Part shown: positions 23,206-34,922 of the stretch, one piece after another
How the letters are laid out: each line of letters begins with the position of its first letter
How positions within the stretch are numbered: position 1 is the stretch's first letter
NCBI GenBank assembly: GCA_023231475.1
Contig: JALJEE010000556.1
Location: forward strand, 62,001-112,099
Length of the DNA stretch: 50,099 nt
Reading direction: 5' to 3'
DNA from: Seison nebaliae
Taxonomy: Eukaryota
Made by a program: the position numbers and the translations under genes
Notes under the pieces: model-generated
Seen by the model: the letters and a program-made list of their open reading frames with translations, nothing else
Databases searched by the model: none
What the model was told of the DNA's origin: nothing

Positions 23206-26200
23206 TTACCATCCATTGACCCCAATATGAATGTAATCGGGACATAAACACTGAAAAGCAATTTACAGTTCCCGAAAAAATTTTGTAATAACAGAGAACT
23301 AACGATTAACAACATGTCTTGTATCCATACATAATCCGATAGCTATACGTTCTGCTGCAATTGTTGGATATTTCTTAAGAACATAATCTTGGAATATTGG
23401 TCCCACTTTTCTGGCAATTTTCTTGTTCATATAAACTCCAACACATTGAAAGTCTAAATTATTTTTATATTTTTAAGCGTAAGTATAAGATTAAAATTAA
23501 CGTCCTCTACATCGGTTATGCTGACAGACTTTGGAAGCGTCTTGGAACATGTTATCATAAATAGCTTCGAAATTTATCCATTGGTTATTCAAAGTCCATA
23601 CAGCCCAATATTTATTTAAGAAACCGTGTAGGTCAGCTGGAAAATAGATAAAAATAGTAATTTGAATAATTTCAAGAAAACTTTGTTCATTCAAATAGTA
23701 TTCAGGAATACATATCGGTACCTCAACTTTAGAGCTTCCAAGTTTTTTGAAAATTGACAACTCTAACACTTTTCGCAAATGTACACTAATATCATCTGCA
23801 TCTTTCTTGTTAACCTTAATGCCGAAGCAATGCGAATGTGATGGACAAGTGAAGGCGTCGAGGCATGCTGCGAAGTACGGATTCAACAAATTTTTATTCG
23901 CGCTATCTTTGATAACACCGATAAGCTTATCTCTTTTGACGAAATTATGTGTGGCATAAAACTCTTTGGTGTAATGTGTAACAATTTCTTTGGTGTCTAA
24001 AAAATAGAATTATTTGTTTAAATTTTGTAAAATGTTAAAATTTCTCCAACTAATTCCTCCGTACTTCGGATTGATGCACAATTCATAAACGCCATATTCT
24101 TTTCTAATATAATCATTAAAAACTTTTTGTGGAGCACCAGTTTTTTCGAAGACATTATTGGTTATGGATCGACGGATACATTTCTTTTCCAAACCACAGA
24201 ACCTGTTGCATTTTTTGGATGTCCCTAAAATTAAAATGAATATTTTCAAGAATTGGATAATAGCTTTCAAACTTAATCCATCATAAGACTTCAAGCATTT
24301 GTAAGCACCGTTTGGTTTCAACACACAATTATAATCTGACTCACAACCATTATATTTTTTGGTTGTTAATTGACCGTTTTGATCGCAGTCAAGTTTCTTC
24401 TTACAATCTGAAGTGAAAGTTGATGAACCAAGGTCCATGATACCGTAAGTTGGATGCAAGCAGCCACATTGATTTTCAGGAACAATTTTGTCTCCATCAA
24501 ATAAATATCCCAGATTAACTTGACAGTGATCAAAGTTTAATCTTTCTACAATCGAACAATGTGTGGCCTTAACGTCGTCACAAGTATGACGGCATTGACC
24601 GGGAGCCATTTCATAATAAGTATTTTTTGGGCAAATTGGTGCTAAAGAATTATAGATATCAATTAATTTGTGAATATATAAACACTAACCGCAATTTCCT
24701 TTCAATTTGTCCATTGTTCCTTGGAGAACTCCGGCTTCTGTGCACATTCTTGCAGTTTTTGCTTGATAATTGCATAAGAGATCTGTATTCGTAGTAGACA
24801 AATGGTCGATATCAGGACTGTCAAAGAAATTGTTCAAATCAGTTGCACATAATGTTACTTCATTTGTTATAATATCAGGATGACTCTAACAAATATGAAA
24901 AGAATTAATATTTTTCAAATTTAAATTCAATCATCAATAAATTATTTAAACTGTCGCACATTCTGGGAGCGATTCGGTAATATAATGTTGACAGGCAACC
25001 AGTAATTGTTGAGTGTTGGAACTAAAAGGTGTCATATGGTCAGGAATATGCATTCGTCTTTTTTCTAATCCATTTGCTGGACATGGGTCGATACCTGCAT
25101 CATCGACTACTTCGAATGAATTGGCACCATACCAATGTTGTTGATCCTTATCCACAGTGACACCATATGAATTGATGGCATCATTATAACCAAAATCTAA
25201 TTTAAAAAAGTTCAAATTTAAGAAAACGAACTAAATGAAGAAGAATAAAACCATCGTAATTACCGCAAAGACCAAACATACGATGTTTATATTTCTTGCC
25301 TACACCAACCACCACATTTCCGCCATCCAAATCAATCCTTAAATTCCAACCACAAATTTGATGATGGAGATCGATAGTTTTAGGTGATCTCTCCACATGA
25401 AGACCGTACTGTACACCCTCAATTGGCAAATAAGAAGGAAGTGGTATTGTATCGTCATTTAACTAAAAATACGATAATGGTTTAAATCGAACAATATTAG
25501 AATTTAACTGTAATCATTCCATCAGAAATTCGGAAATTGTATCTCAACGTTGTGACATCCAATACTTTCGTTTTAACGTCATCTCTCTTCTGTTCAATAT
25601 TGAACCAACAACTATCCTGTATATATTAAATTATGGTGAAAATGGAAAAGTTTTTATTTCCAAACTTTGTATTGCTCTTTGACAGCCGCCAAAGTATATT
25701 TACATTCGTCATTAAATGTATATGTCATGTTATCGAATGTTTCATAAGATCCATATTTGTTCGATCTGCAAATGCTCATCTTGAACACTTTTTAATCAAA
25801 CAAATTTACATTTGGAATAAGGTCTATAAAATTGTCAAATGAAACTTGTCTTTTGAGTATTTGTTTCTCGATATTTATGGAAGTTAATCAGTTCATGGAT
25901 TGGATCCATATCGAAAACACCTTTGGCTGCATTTGCTGCTGTTAAACGAATTGTTCCTAATGTTTTCACAGTGGTTCTCATCAAATGTTCAGATTGATGT
26001 TTCAAATTGAGAGCTAGTTGGTCAAGTTGTTGCTTGGTATAATGTATATCATTAGCTCGCGCTTGCCAAAATTGGTTGTGAAGTGTAACGACGTCGGTAA
26101 CTGCCTTCATCATATCGAATGGACGGATCAATTCACATTGAGTTTTCAGTGCAATTCGAGCAGCGTCATGTGGCAGTTTAAGAGCTGCAGAGAAAATATT

Positions 26201-29200
26201 TTCTAAGAAATGTTTTCGCTTAAAATAATATTTCATTATTGTTAAATCAATCATATTAAATAAAGGATTAGAAACCTGTTGCTCAAGTGTTTTAGCATCA
26301 ACCGTCTCAACATTCGGAATATTTTCATTCAAGTTTTTAGTATCTGGGGAAAAATTGAATTAAATTGAATTAATTTCAAAGAGTATAACATTACTAACCG
26401 ACGACATGTAAATTATTACCTTGATTTACTGAATAACTTTGTAAATCGTCGTCCATTTGGGTTAAGTCTACATTTGTAGCTGTTTCACGTTTGCCTAGAA
26501 AATTATGGAGCATACAGAAAAACTGACATGGTTTGTTTTCCTTTACTTCTTCTTTCTCTTCCTGTTGTACTTTTGGTGCGAAAATAGTATTGGTAAAATA
26601 ACTGAGGAAAGATAAAGCGTCTTTAGCTACTTGCTGTACAGGTTTGGTGACATAGTCTATTGTACCCAAAACTGTTCTGCCAGTACCGTCAACAACTGCT
26701 GCAACATGTTCAACTGCTACTAAAATGGCCTGTTGTGCTTCGGCTATTGGTAAATTATTTATCCAATGATCTCCATCGCATAATTGACTTTTCATTTTCT
26801 TCTTTTCGGGAGGTGACAATTTGTTTCCAGCATCCAAATCTTCCTTCATTACTTGAATATGTTGTTCTCTGATGTCTTCAGTTTCTTCTTCAAGTTCATT
26901 TAGATTTACTTCGGTTTTTTTCAATACACAGATATATTTAGCCACAAATACTGCAGCTGCTTCATGACATGTGGATGAGGGGAAAGTCTCCTTACTAATC
27001 TTTATACGACACACTTGTCTTGCGTGTGAACATCTACAAATAAGTTTCAAAGTAAATTAATGGAACTTTGTAAGAACTTATGAATTCTAACAATTTCTTC
27101 ACATCTTTAAAAACTCGTTTGGCATAACATGGGAAATCATTTATAGAGAACGGAGGATTCTTTTGTGGTAATGGACATTCGACTATATTGGTAGATAATT
27201 CCGGTCTACCAAAGAATGCACCTAGAATTTTTAATTCCGAATCAGCTGGACATGTGAACACAATTTCATCTTGGTCACAAACTGGTCTTGTTACTGTGTA
27301 AGGCAATTGTCCCATGGCGGCCCAACTGTAGGCTAAATCGATGGAATTTGGTAAATCATTATCTTCATCCAAAGCGTCATACAACTGATCAATTTCTTCT
27401 TCTTTCACATTAATTCCTGGAACAGCTACAGCTTCTGGAGCAATTGTTCGAACTCCTAATGTTGGATTGCAGATTAGAAGTTTCTGAATGAAAGATTTGA
27501 TGAGTATAAAATTAACCACAATCTTTCTTGGCATCTCCAAAGAATCCTTTGATACAAGTACATTCAAATCCTTCATTAGGTTGTTTAGTACATGCTGCGT
27601 TCTTACCACATTGTGTATTTAAGTTACTAGTATGAAGTGATCCATGATGGTTACATGTGTACACTTTACTACAATCAGATCCAAGTACTTGATCGCCCAC
27701 AAATATTTGGCCAACATCTTCAACGAAGCAACCACATTCTCTCATATGGACACATTCGCCTTTGAAATCGAAATAATTATCATTACAAACACATCGTTCT
27801 TGAGGAGTAGTTAAGAATGTGGGATCACATCGCTCTCCCTTTGGATCGTCGCACGTTCTTGGGCACTTTTGGTAGGCGGGCATATATGATGAATGTTTGG
27901 GACATTTCATCGCTATTTGGCACATGGAAATTTAATGAGTTTATTGAAATTATAAACATAAAAATAAAATTAACGACAGAATTGTTTACTTCTCCATGCC
28001 ATGGCGACATTGGTCAATTCTGAGCATGATCTCGCTAATTCTTCTGCATGTGCACAAAACAATTCTGAGTGTTTTTCTCGAGGTCCGTTCGGGAATAATG
28101 CAGCAATATCCATTTTACACATAGAAACTGCATCAATTATTTCTTGTGGATTTTCTTGACCACAATTGTCAAAAGCGGGAATTTGGGTCATAAAGTCGCA
28201 AATTTCATCAATGGCCGTTTTTTGAATGGGATCTAATGGAGGTGGTAAATCGAGTTCAGTCCCGCCAGTCTTACCGATAGCACAATTGACATTTGGACTA
28301 AGAGAATAAGAAAATTAATAGTTTTAATATTTTAAAACTTGTATTGATCGACAACATTTGTATCGTCATGAACTTGGAATGAATCGCCTCCAATCCAATT
28401 TAATGGATCATAATAATCTTGTTTAACACCATTAACATCATTGTGATCATTCGATCTGTCTCCATCAGCATTACCACAGAGACCGATCATTTCACCTGCA
28501 TATTTGTCTTTATCAACCAACACATATGCTGTCATCAATTGGTTGAACAATACTTTGAATTTACAACACATATGTTCCGCTTTAATTTTTCCATTGACAT
28601 TTGCAATTATGAAATTTCCATGTTGGGTCTCTCGTTCAGTAACAAGAATTTCTTCGTGATTGAAATACTTAAAATTAAAAGAAGAAAATGAAAATTGAAT
28701 ATAAAACGAAGCAAAATTAACTGTCGCTGTTCTTGAAATGCGGATATGTTCATGATGAGTACGAATGTCAACTACTTTCAATGTGGCGCCAAATTGTCCT
28801 GAAGCATCTTGGATAGAATGATCTTCAGTTTGTTTAATTTCTACGGTAAACCAACACTCATCCTAATTAACAAATAACGGGGAATATTTCAGATCGATGG
28901 AAAGAAGATAATTATTAACGGAATCTCTGGCATATCGAGCTGCTGTATATTTGCAGACACCTTGATAATGTACTTTCTCTCTGTCAAAAGTAGTAAAATG
29001 GGGATCTCCAGTTATGGTACAAGCCAATCGATTTTCAATGACACTAATAGCACCCATATTCAAAAAACAAGGATCGGCATGTGGATTCTCAACTGGTGCT
29101 TCACGTATTACAGCAACATCAGTTTGAATCTTTTCGATAACATCCAAACTTAAGCATGTATATCTCACAATTAAAGTTCCACTCGAACCACCACATGGAG

Positions 29201-31217
29201 AATTGAACATCAATGAATTAACATAGAAATTACAGGTTTCTGAATATTCACAACGATTCGCAATAATTTCACGTGCATCCTCCGAATAACATGGAAGTTT
29301 TTTATCGATCATCGATTGAGTACATGCTCCAGTGATTGACTGTTCTCCTAATCGACCATAGAAAGCGGAATAAATGTGAATTCCATAATATCGAGGACAT
29401 GATAATCGGATTCTGGTATTATCACAAATTTCTCCGGTTGTCGTGAAATGATCTTCCTCTGAATCTTCTAACAGATCAGATACAAATTGGTGCAATTTCC
29501 CCAAACGATGTTCATCGTCTACTTCATTCATTAACTTCGGGAAATTGAACCAAGTGTATTGATTATAATCTCCAGTAGTAATAGCTTTAATGTCAGTTAT
29601 TTGATTTTGACAAATACGATGAGGATCACCAATGTATCCTACTTGACATACACATCCATAACGTCCAGCTGCATCTCGTTGACATTTCGTATTGAAACCG
29701 CATTTTTTCGGATTCTCTAGAATATCAATTTGTCCCGGACCAGAACACACGGCAATTTCTTTACATCCATCTAAAACAACATAATCTCCCAACTGTCAAA
29801 GAGGATAATAAATGTGAATTTTAAAAAATAATAAAAAGAAACAGATAATTCTCCTAAAGACTCATGCAAGCAACCGCATTGACTTTCCTTCACACATCTT
29901 CCATCATGGAAATATTCGTTCGGTGGACAGACACAACCTTCTCGTGGTTTCTTTGCGACGTCAGAACATTTAACTCCTTCCTTATCATAACAAGTTTTCA
30001 GACATCCAGTGATTCTCGGTTTATATATCATATTTGGTCGGGGACATTCATATGCTGAGAGGAAATTGTATAAAACATATTTTTTAAGAAATTCAAACGA
30101 CAAAAAGTTGATGATCTCCATGCAACATCCACATTGTATTTATTCATACAATGATTGCCTAATAAGCTGACATATGTGCAAACGTAACCCATTCGAACAT
30201 CATCATCAGCATTTTCAGGTTGAATCAATAAATCATCATAACAATCTAATAAGTATGTGTTTGCAAAATTGACATCATTTTGATCCTGATTTTAGGAATA
30301 AATTAATTTTATGAAGAATATTCAAAATTCGAACTTTCAAACAACTATCGAGGAAAGCAGTGTTCTGCTTCAAAATGTCACACATTCCTTTCAATCGAGC
30401 TACTTCATCTGGATGAATGACTGGGTTCTGAACCATACCACCTTCACTTCTTACTTCCAAACCTCGACTAACACATCGTTGGATATTTGTGTCATCAAAT
30501 ACCTCAAAACTGTGACCGCCTGGCCAATGATTGGGAATAAGTGAAGGAACTAAATTTCCATTGCGATCATTATGATCATTGGCTTTATTACCTATAATTA
30601 GAGAAGTATATTGAAAAGAGATGACACTATCAATCTCATTATAAATGAAAACCGTCATAATTACCACAAAGACCAGTTGTTTTGTTACCTTTCCATCGAT
30701 CGCAAAGTTCAATTTTAACAGCCAAACGTTCGACGTTCTGGTAAATGTACACGCCCCAACCACAATTCGTATTGTAGATCTTTCTCACATTATTTCCGTT
30801 CGCTTCACCCACAACTTGTTCGAAGTCGAATGGATAAGCGATCGATTTGTCACCGACAGTTACTTGATTAAAATTATTGATATCAACACGCATACGAGCA
30901 TAATTTGTGATGATATCCAAAATGACTAATGATGAAGGTTTAATATCTTTATCAAAAGGACCCCATCGATCATCTGACATACTCTTCGAATCGATAGCAA
31001 AGTAACATGGATCCTCATTATCTCTCAAAGCGAATAAAGTGTATTTGCATTTTCCTTGAAAATCGTTTCTACTTCTATCGAATGTTGTAATATGAGGATC
31101 ACCTTTCGCTTCACAGTAACTGTAGCCTGCACAAGTTAATGTTTCGGATGATGATGCTGGATGCGAATATGTGTCGTGAACACATGAAGCTATAAAAAGA
31201 ATTAGGAAGAACTTCAT
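23206..31217 (-). CDS. Large secreted zonadhesin/FCGBP-like protein: signal peptide, three VWD-C8-TIL-EGF-like blocks, two SUEL (Gal/Rha) lectin domains and unrecognised C-terminal Cys repeats; 23 introns
   Basis: Signal peptide MKFFLILFIASC. VWD motifs CEAKGDPHITTFD..FQGKCKY..GLCGNYDG, CTITGDPHFTTFD..GLCGNADG and FGLCGNYD. TIL/EGF Cys patterns. SUEL patterns IC..LSCP..IYSAFYGR..C and VC..FTCP..ILGAFFGRP..C. Twenty-three GTT..AG introns (41-66 nt) give one frame to TAA 23206-23208. Confidence 0.85.
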
Positions 31218-31536
31218 TCCTAAATACTTAAAATAAGCGATATAATATTTTCAATTTCCTTCCTGTCTTTTATAGTAATCACTTCCATAGGTGACATCCG
31301 ATTGCAAGTAGTTCTCATCACAAATACTTCATAATTTTTGGAGTATCGTATTATGTTATTGAATATTAGTGAAGTATCAATGTCATATTTCTTCCTATGA
31401 TCATCACTCGTTTATTACTACTCAACTTCAACAATAATTAAATTTTCCTCTTGAAAGATTATGTCGCATCAAATTTGTTGTGAAATGCTCCAATTTTTCA
31501 AATCAACAAAAAAATAATTTTATTTCAAAGAAAACT

Positions 31537-31589
31537 TTCAAATGATAATAAATGTAATATTTCAACATCTTTCATATTATCATTATCAT
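31537..31589 (-). promoter_or_regulatory. Candidate type II SECIS element in the SELENON 3' UTR
   Basis: The minus strand reads AUGA-U-AAUGAUAAU-AUG-AAA-GAUGU(UGAA)AUAUU-ACAUUU-AUUAUCAUU-UGAA. This gives a GA/GA core, a 9-bp perfect helix II, unpaired AAA and an apical mini-stem, about 60 nt after the stop codon. Confidence 0.7.
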
Positions 31590-31651
31590 TTAGATGATGA
31601 TTATGTTATGAACAACAAAATTAATTTGAATTAAATGAAAACAATTTGATT

Positions 31652-33427
31652 TTACAAATTATTCATTAGAAACGATTCATATGCATTGGAAAACATACAT
31701 TGTTCTTCAACGATAACCTCGTCATTCGTTTTCTCTAATAAATCATTGGCATTGATCTTAGAGATGATCTCTCCATCCATTCCAATCACATATGACATAA
31801 CTGGAAATTTATATTCGTTTAATGAATTGTTTGCTACTAATTTGACTAATTCGCTTTCAGTTGTCGACTTTAGAATATCTTTCAAATCAGCAACCAAAGA
31901 CCATGAGGATATGAAATCGGATTTCAATAATTTGACGGTGGAAGAACATTGAAGAACGGTTTTCCTCAACGTTCTTCCCGAACCTCAGCAACTCTGATCA
32001 TCTAAACTTCCCCACAATAAAAGACTGTGAATTGGTAATTTCTTCTCGATCGACATTTCTACTGCTTTCTTTATATCATAATATTCAACCTTAAAATTAT
32101 TAAAATTTATTATAAAATAATCAAAATTACGAAAAACTTCTTTAAAAGGAAACATTGCCCGTTCCAAAACTTTCAAAATAATTTCTTCGAGTTTTTCCGA
32201 AATTATTTCAGATTTTTCACAGGAAAACAATTTCATATTATTTGAATAACCGATATCGACTTCCCCATTCTCCTCGTCATTCATCCATTCCATATCTGCC
32301 AATTGGATTTAGAAAGAAAATGAGAATACAAGAATACTAACCAATATTCAATTGTTTCTTCGTTGGAAGATAGAGATAGAATGATTGAATTAACCATTTA
32401 TCATTTATGTTTCTCCTCTCAAATTTCAGATGTCCGATGAACATTGCCGGTGTGAAATAGAATTCATATAATTCCAATGGATTTAATTGAAATTCCATAT
32501 GACATCGAAAGGAAATTATCAAATATTCCTTTCTATCCTCAAATGATGACTCAATTGAACTAATTGTATATTTTGTGCCTTTAGGAGTAAATCTTCCATA
32601 AAGATGGACATTCGGATGAAAGGCAGATAGTAAATGATAAATCAGATATTCTTTCTCGTCATTTAATTTTTTTGGATAATGTCTATTATCTGAATAACTT
32701 TTTTCTAATTAAAAACTGATTTTATATTTAATGAGACTAACCTATTCGTATCATCTTCAAATAAAGTGTGCACTTTTAATAAGTCATGTTTAATCGATTG
32801 AACTGATCTTTCGTTCAATGAAAGGGAATTGATGAAAACGGAAGAGAAAATATCTTTTTTTATTCTCATCGATTTCTTGTATGATTCCTTCCAACCAAGT
32901 AAACCGATTAGAGAGTTATTCGCATTCACATAATTAAAATCGCGAGTCATTGTCGTCAAGTCGATGGGAGTATAATCAGTTTGTAAGAATATTCCATTTT
33001 CATTATCTCCTGTATCGATGGAATTGAAGGAACCGATCATAAATCGTTCGATGAATTCTAATTCATTTCTTATCGATTTCTTTACCAATAATAATCGATA
33101 CAAATCATTATTGTCCGCATTGAAATATTGAATGAATTGAAATTCTTTCATGTCAACCAATCCATCTTTATTTACATCGATTCTTTCAAATATTCTTTTC
33201 TGATGTATATTATCATTAATTGAATGATAATTATCTTCTTCATTCGATGGAGTTCTTCTCAATTCTTCTGTTTTCCATAATGAATGAATTCTTTCACATC
33301 GGTTGATAAATTGACAAAATGAAATTTTTTCATTCCCATAACAAATGAACCATTTGATGGTTCTTTTATTCTTCACTACTAATTGGATGAGTATTCCAAT
33401 TAGTAGAATGAATAAATATTTTTTCAT
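31652..33427 (-). CDS. SELENON: Selenoprotein N with in-frame UGA (Sec) at 31985-31987; 4 exons
   Basis: N-terminal TM, EF-hand DVNKDGLVDMKEF, LLSAFHP..GRFTPKG, LNIDMEW, and [28 protein letters not shown] matching the SelN SCUG motif. Introns 32698-32741, 32296-32341, 32090-32137. Confidence 0.95.
31951..31977 (-). promoter_or_regulatory. SRE-like hairpin just 3' of the Sec UGA
   Basis: mRNA reads UGA-GGUUCGG-GAAGAACG-UUGAGGAAAAC-CGUUCUUC: a perfect 8-bp stem starting 7 nt after the UGA. Confidence 0.6.
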
Positions 33428-33555
33428 TTTAATATATCTCCATACAAAATCACATCCAATATGACAAAATTAACAAAGTTTATTTGATAAAAAGAAATTC
33501 TTTCGAATAAGAAACAAAATACGTTCTTCTCATGAGAACGATAACAGTTGTCTAT

Positions 33556-33969
33556 TTACTTTGAGGCGATTTGTGGATTCTTTAGAACGATGATAACTGA
33601 ATCACCTCTTAAGAACATTTTGGGAATAAACCGATCTTTGTTTATCGGTTTCGATTTCTTTTTACCTTTACCTGTTCTTGACGTTTCCGTCCACATTTCC
33701 GTCACATTCTCCAAAACCATATTACAATGACGATCGAATGCTTTCACTCGTCCCAACAACTTTCGATTATTTCGACAATTTATCAAAATTTGGGAGCCGC
33801 TCTTTACACTCTGCATCAATAATGAAAGTGGACCTGTATTGAATTCTTCTTCTTCTCTTTGTTCCAATTCCTCTTGTGTCAATTCTGATTTTGGTTTTGC
33901 TCTAAAATTTACGTGACCATTTTAAAATGCTGAAAGAAAAACTTATATTACTAACAATAATGAAGACAT
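33556..33969 (-). CDS. SNRPD2: Small nuclear ribonucleoprotein Sm D2; 2 exons
   Basis: [69 protein letters not shown]. Intron 33902-33955 starts GTTAGT. Confidence 0.97.
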
Positions 33970-34922
33970 ATCTCTTTCGTCTAATTAATCACGATTGATT
34001 GAAAATGGAGTAGAAGTAAATTGAAAATATTTCGAATTTCTGACAAATTTTCTGAAGCTTAAAATTTAAGCCAGAATTAAATTTTAAATAATTTCAACAT
34101 TTCAAAATCGAACAATTCCTTATGAAATGATTTTATTGTCGCCCATTAATAAACAAAAAAATTTTATTTATTTACATCGTCTCCTCTTATAAGGAATTCA
34201 ATTTGTTCTGTTCCGAAAAATCTCATCTTCATTTGAAAGAAATAAACTCTTTTCGAATTGTAATTTATGTTTCTCCTAATTCTCTCTTAATTCGCCTGCA
34301 ATGCGAATTCATGTACTTTTATAATAAAATTTTTTGAAGTAATGAGGAAACTGTGTAAGATTAAGTAAAGATTTCAAGAAAGTTTTTTTTACGACTGTTT
34401 TTATTAAGTTGAAATTTTGGAGAGCTAAATGGTTAAATCTCTTTCATTTCCATACTTGTAATTGGAAAATGTAGAATTATTTTATTATATTTTCACTTAA
34501 TCCACTTATTAAGTGCTTGTAATGAATGAAAATTGATAATTTCGATGCGTTTTCACAATCAGTATAGTCAGCATAATCATTGAAATTGTAAATGTGAAAA
34601 TATTTTAATAGATATTACTTAAGGAACAAATTTACGTGTCAATGGAAACATGTAATAAATTACGTTTAGGTTAAGATGACTCATGTCCTTTTTTAGTTGG
34701 GAAATGATAATAATAATGTGAGAAAGTTGTGAAATGAAAGGGGAGTTGAGAACGAATAAATTATACAAAATTAAAATTTCATTAAATTATTTTGCTTCTT
34801 TTGTTGTTGTTGAATTGACATTTTTTTTTACTTAACTAATTATCCTTAGATAATCGGTGTTTAAGTAATTGTCTTTATTATCAAATCGTTGAAAACGAAT
34901 CGATAATAATTTGAAAAGGAAG

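Noticed and set aside
31652..32302. Alternative genetic code or pseudogene as the explanation for the in-frame TGA
   Set aside because: TGA, TAA and TAG all end other genes here, and this TGA sits exactly at the known Sec position with SECIS- and SRE-like elements.
33970..34922. Possible snRNA gene (e.g. a variant U1) or AP-1 site ATGACTCAT (34676-34684) between SmD2 and RB1CC1
   Set aside because: I saw no U1- or U6-like sequence by eye, and a single 9-mer is not adequate evidence of a regulatory site.
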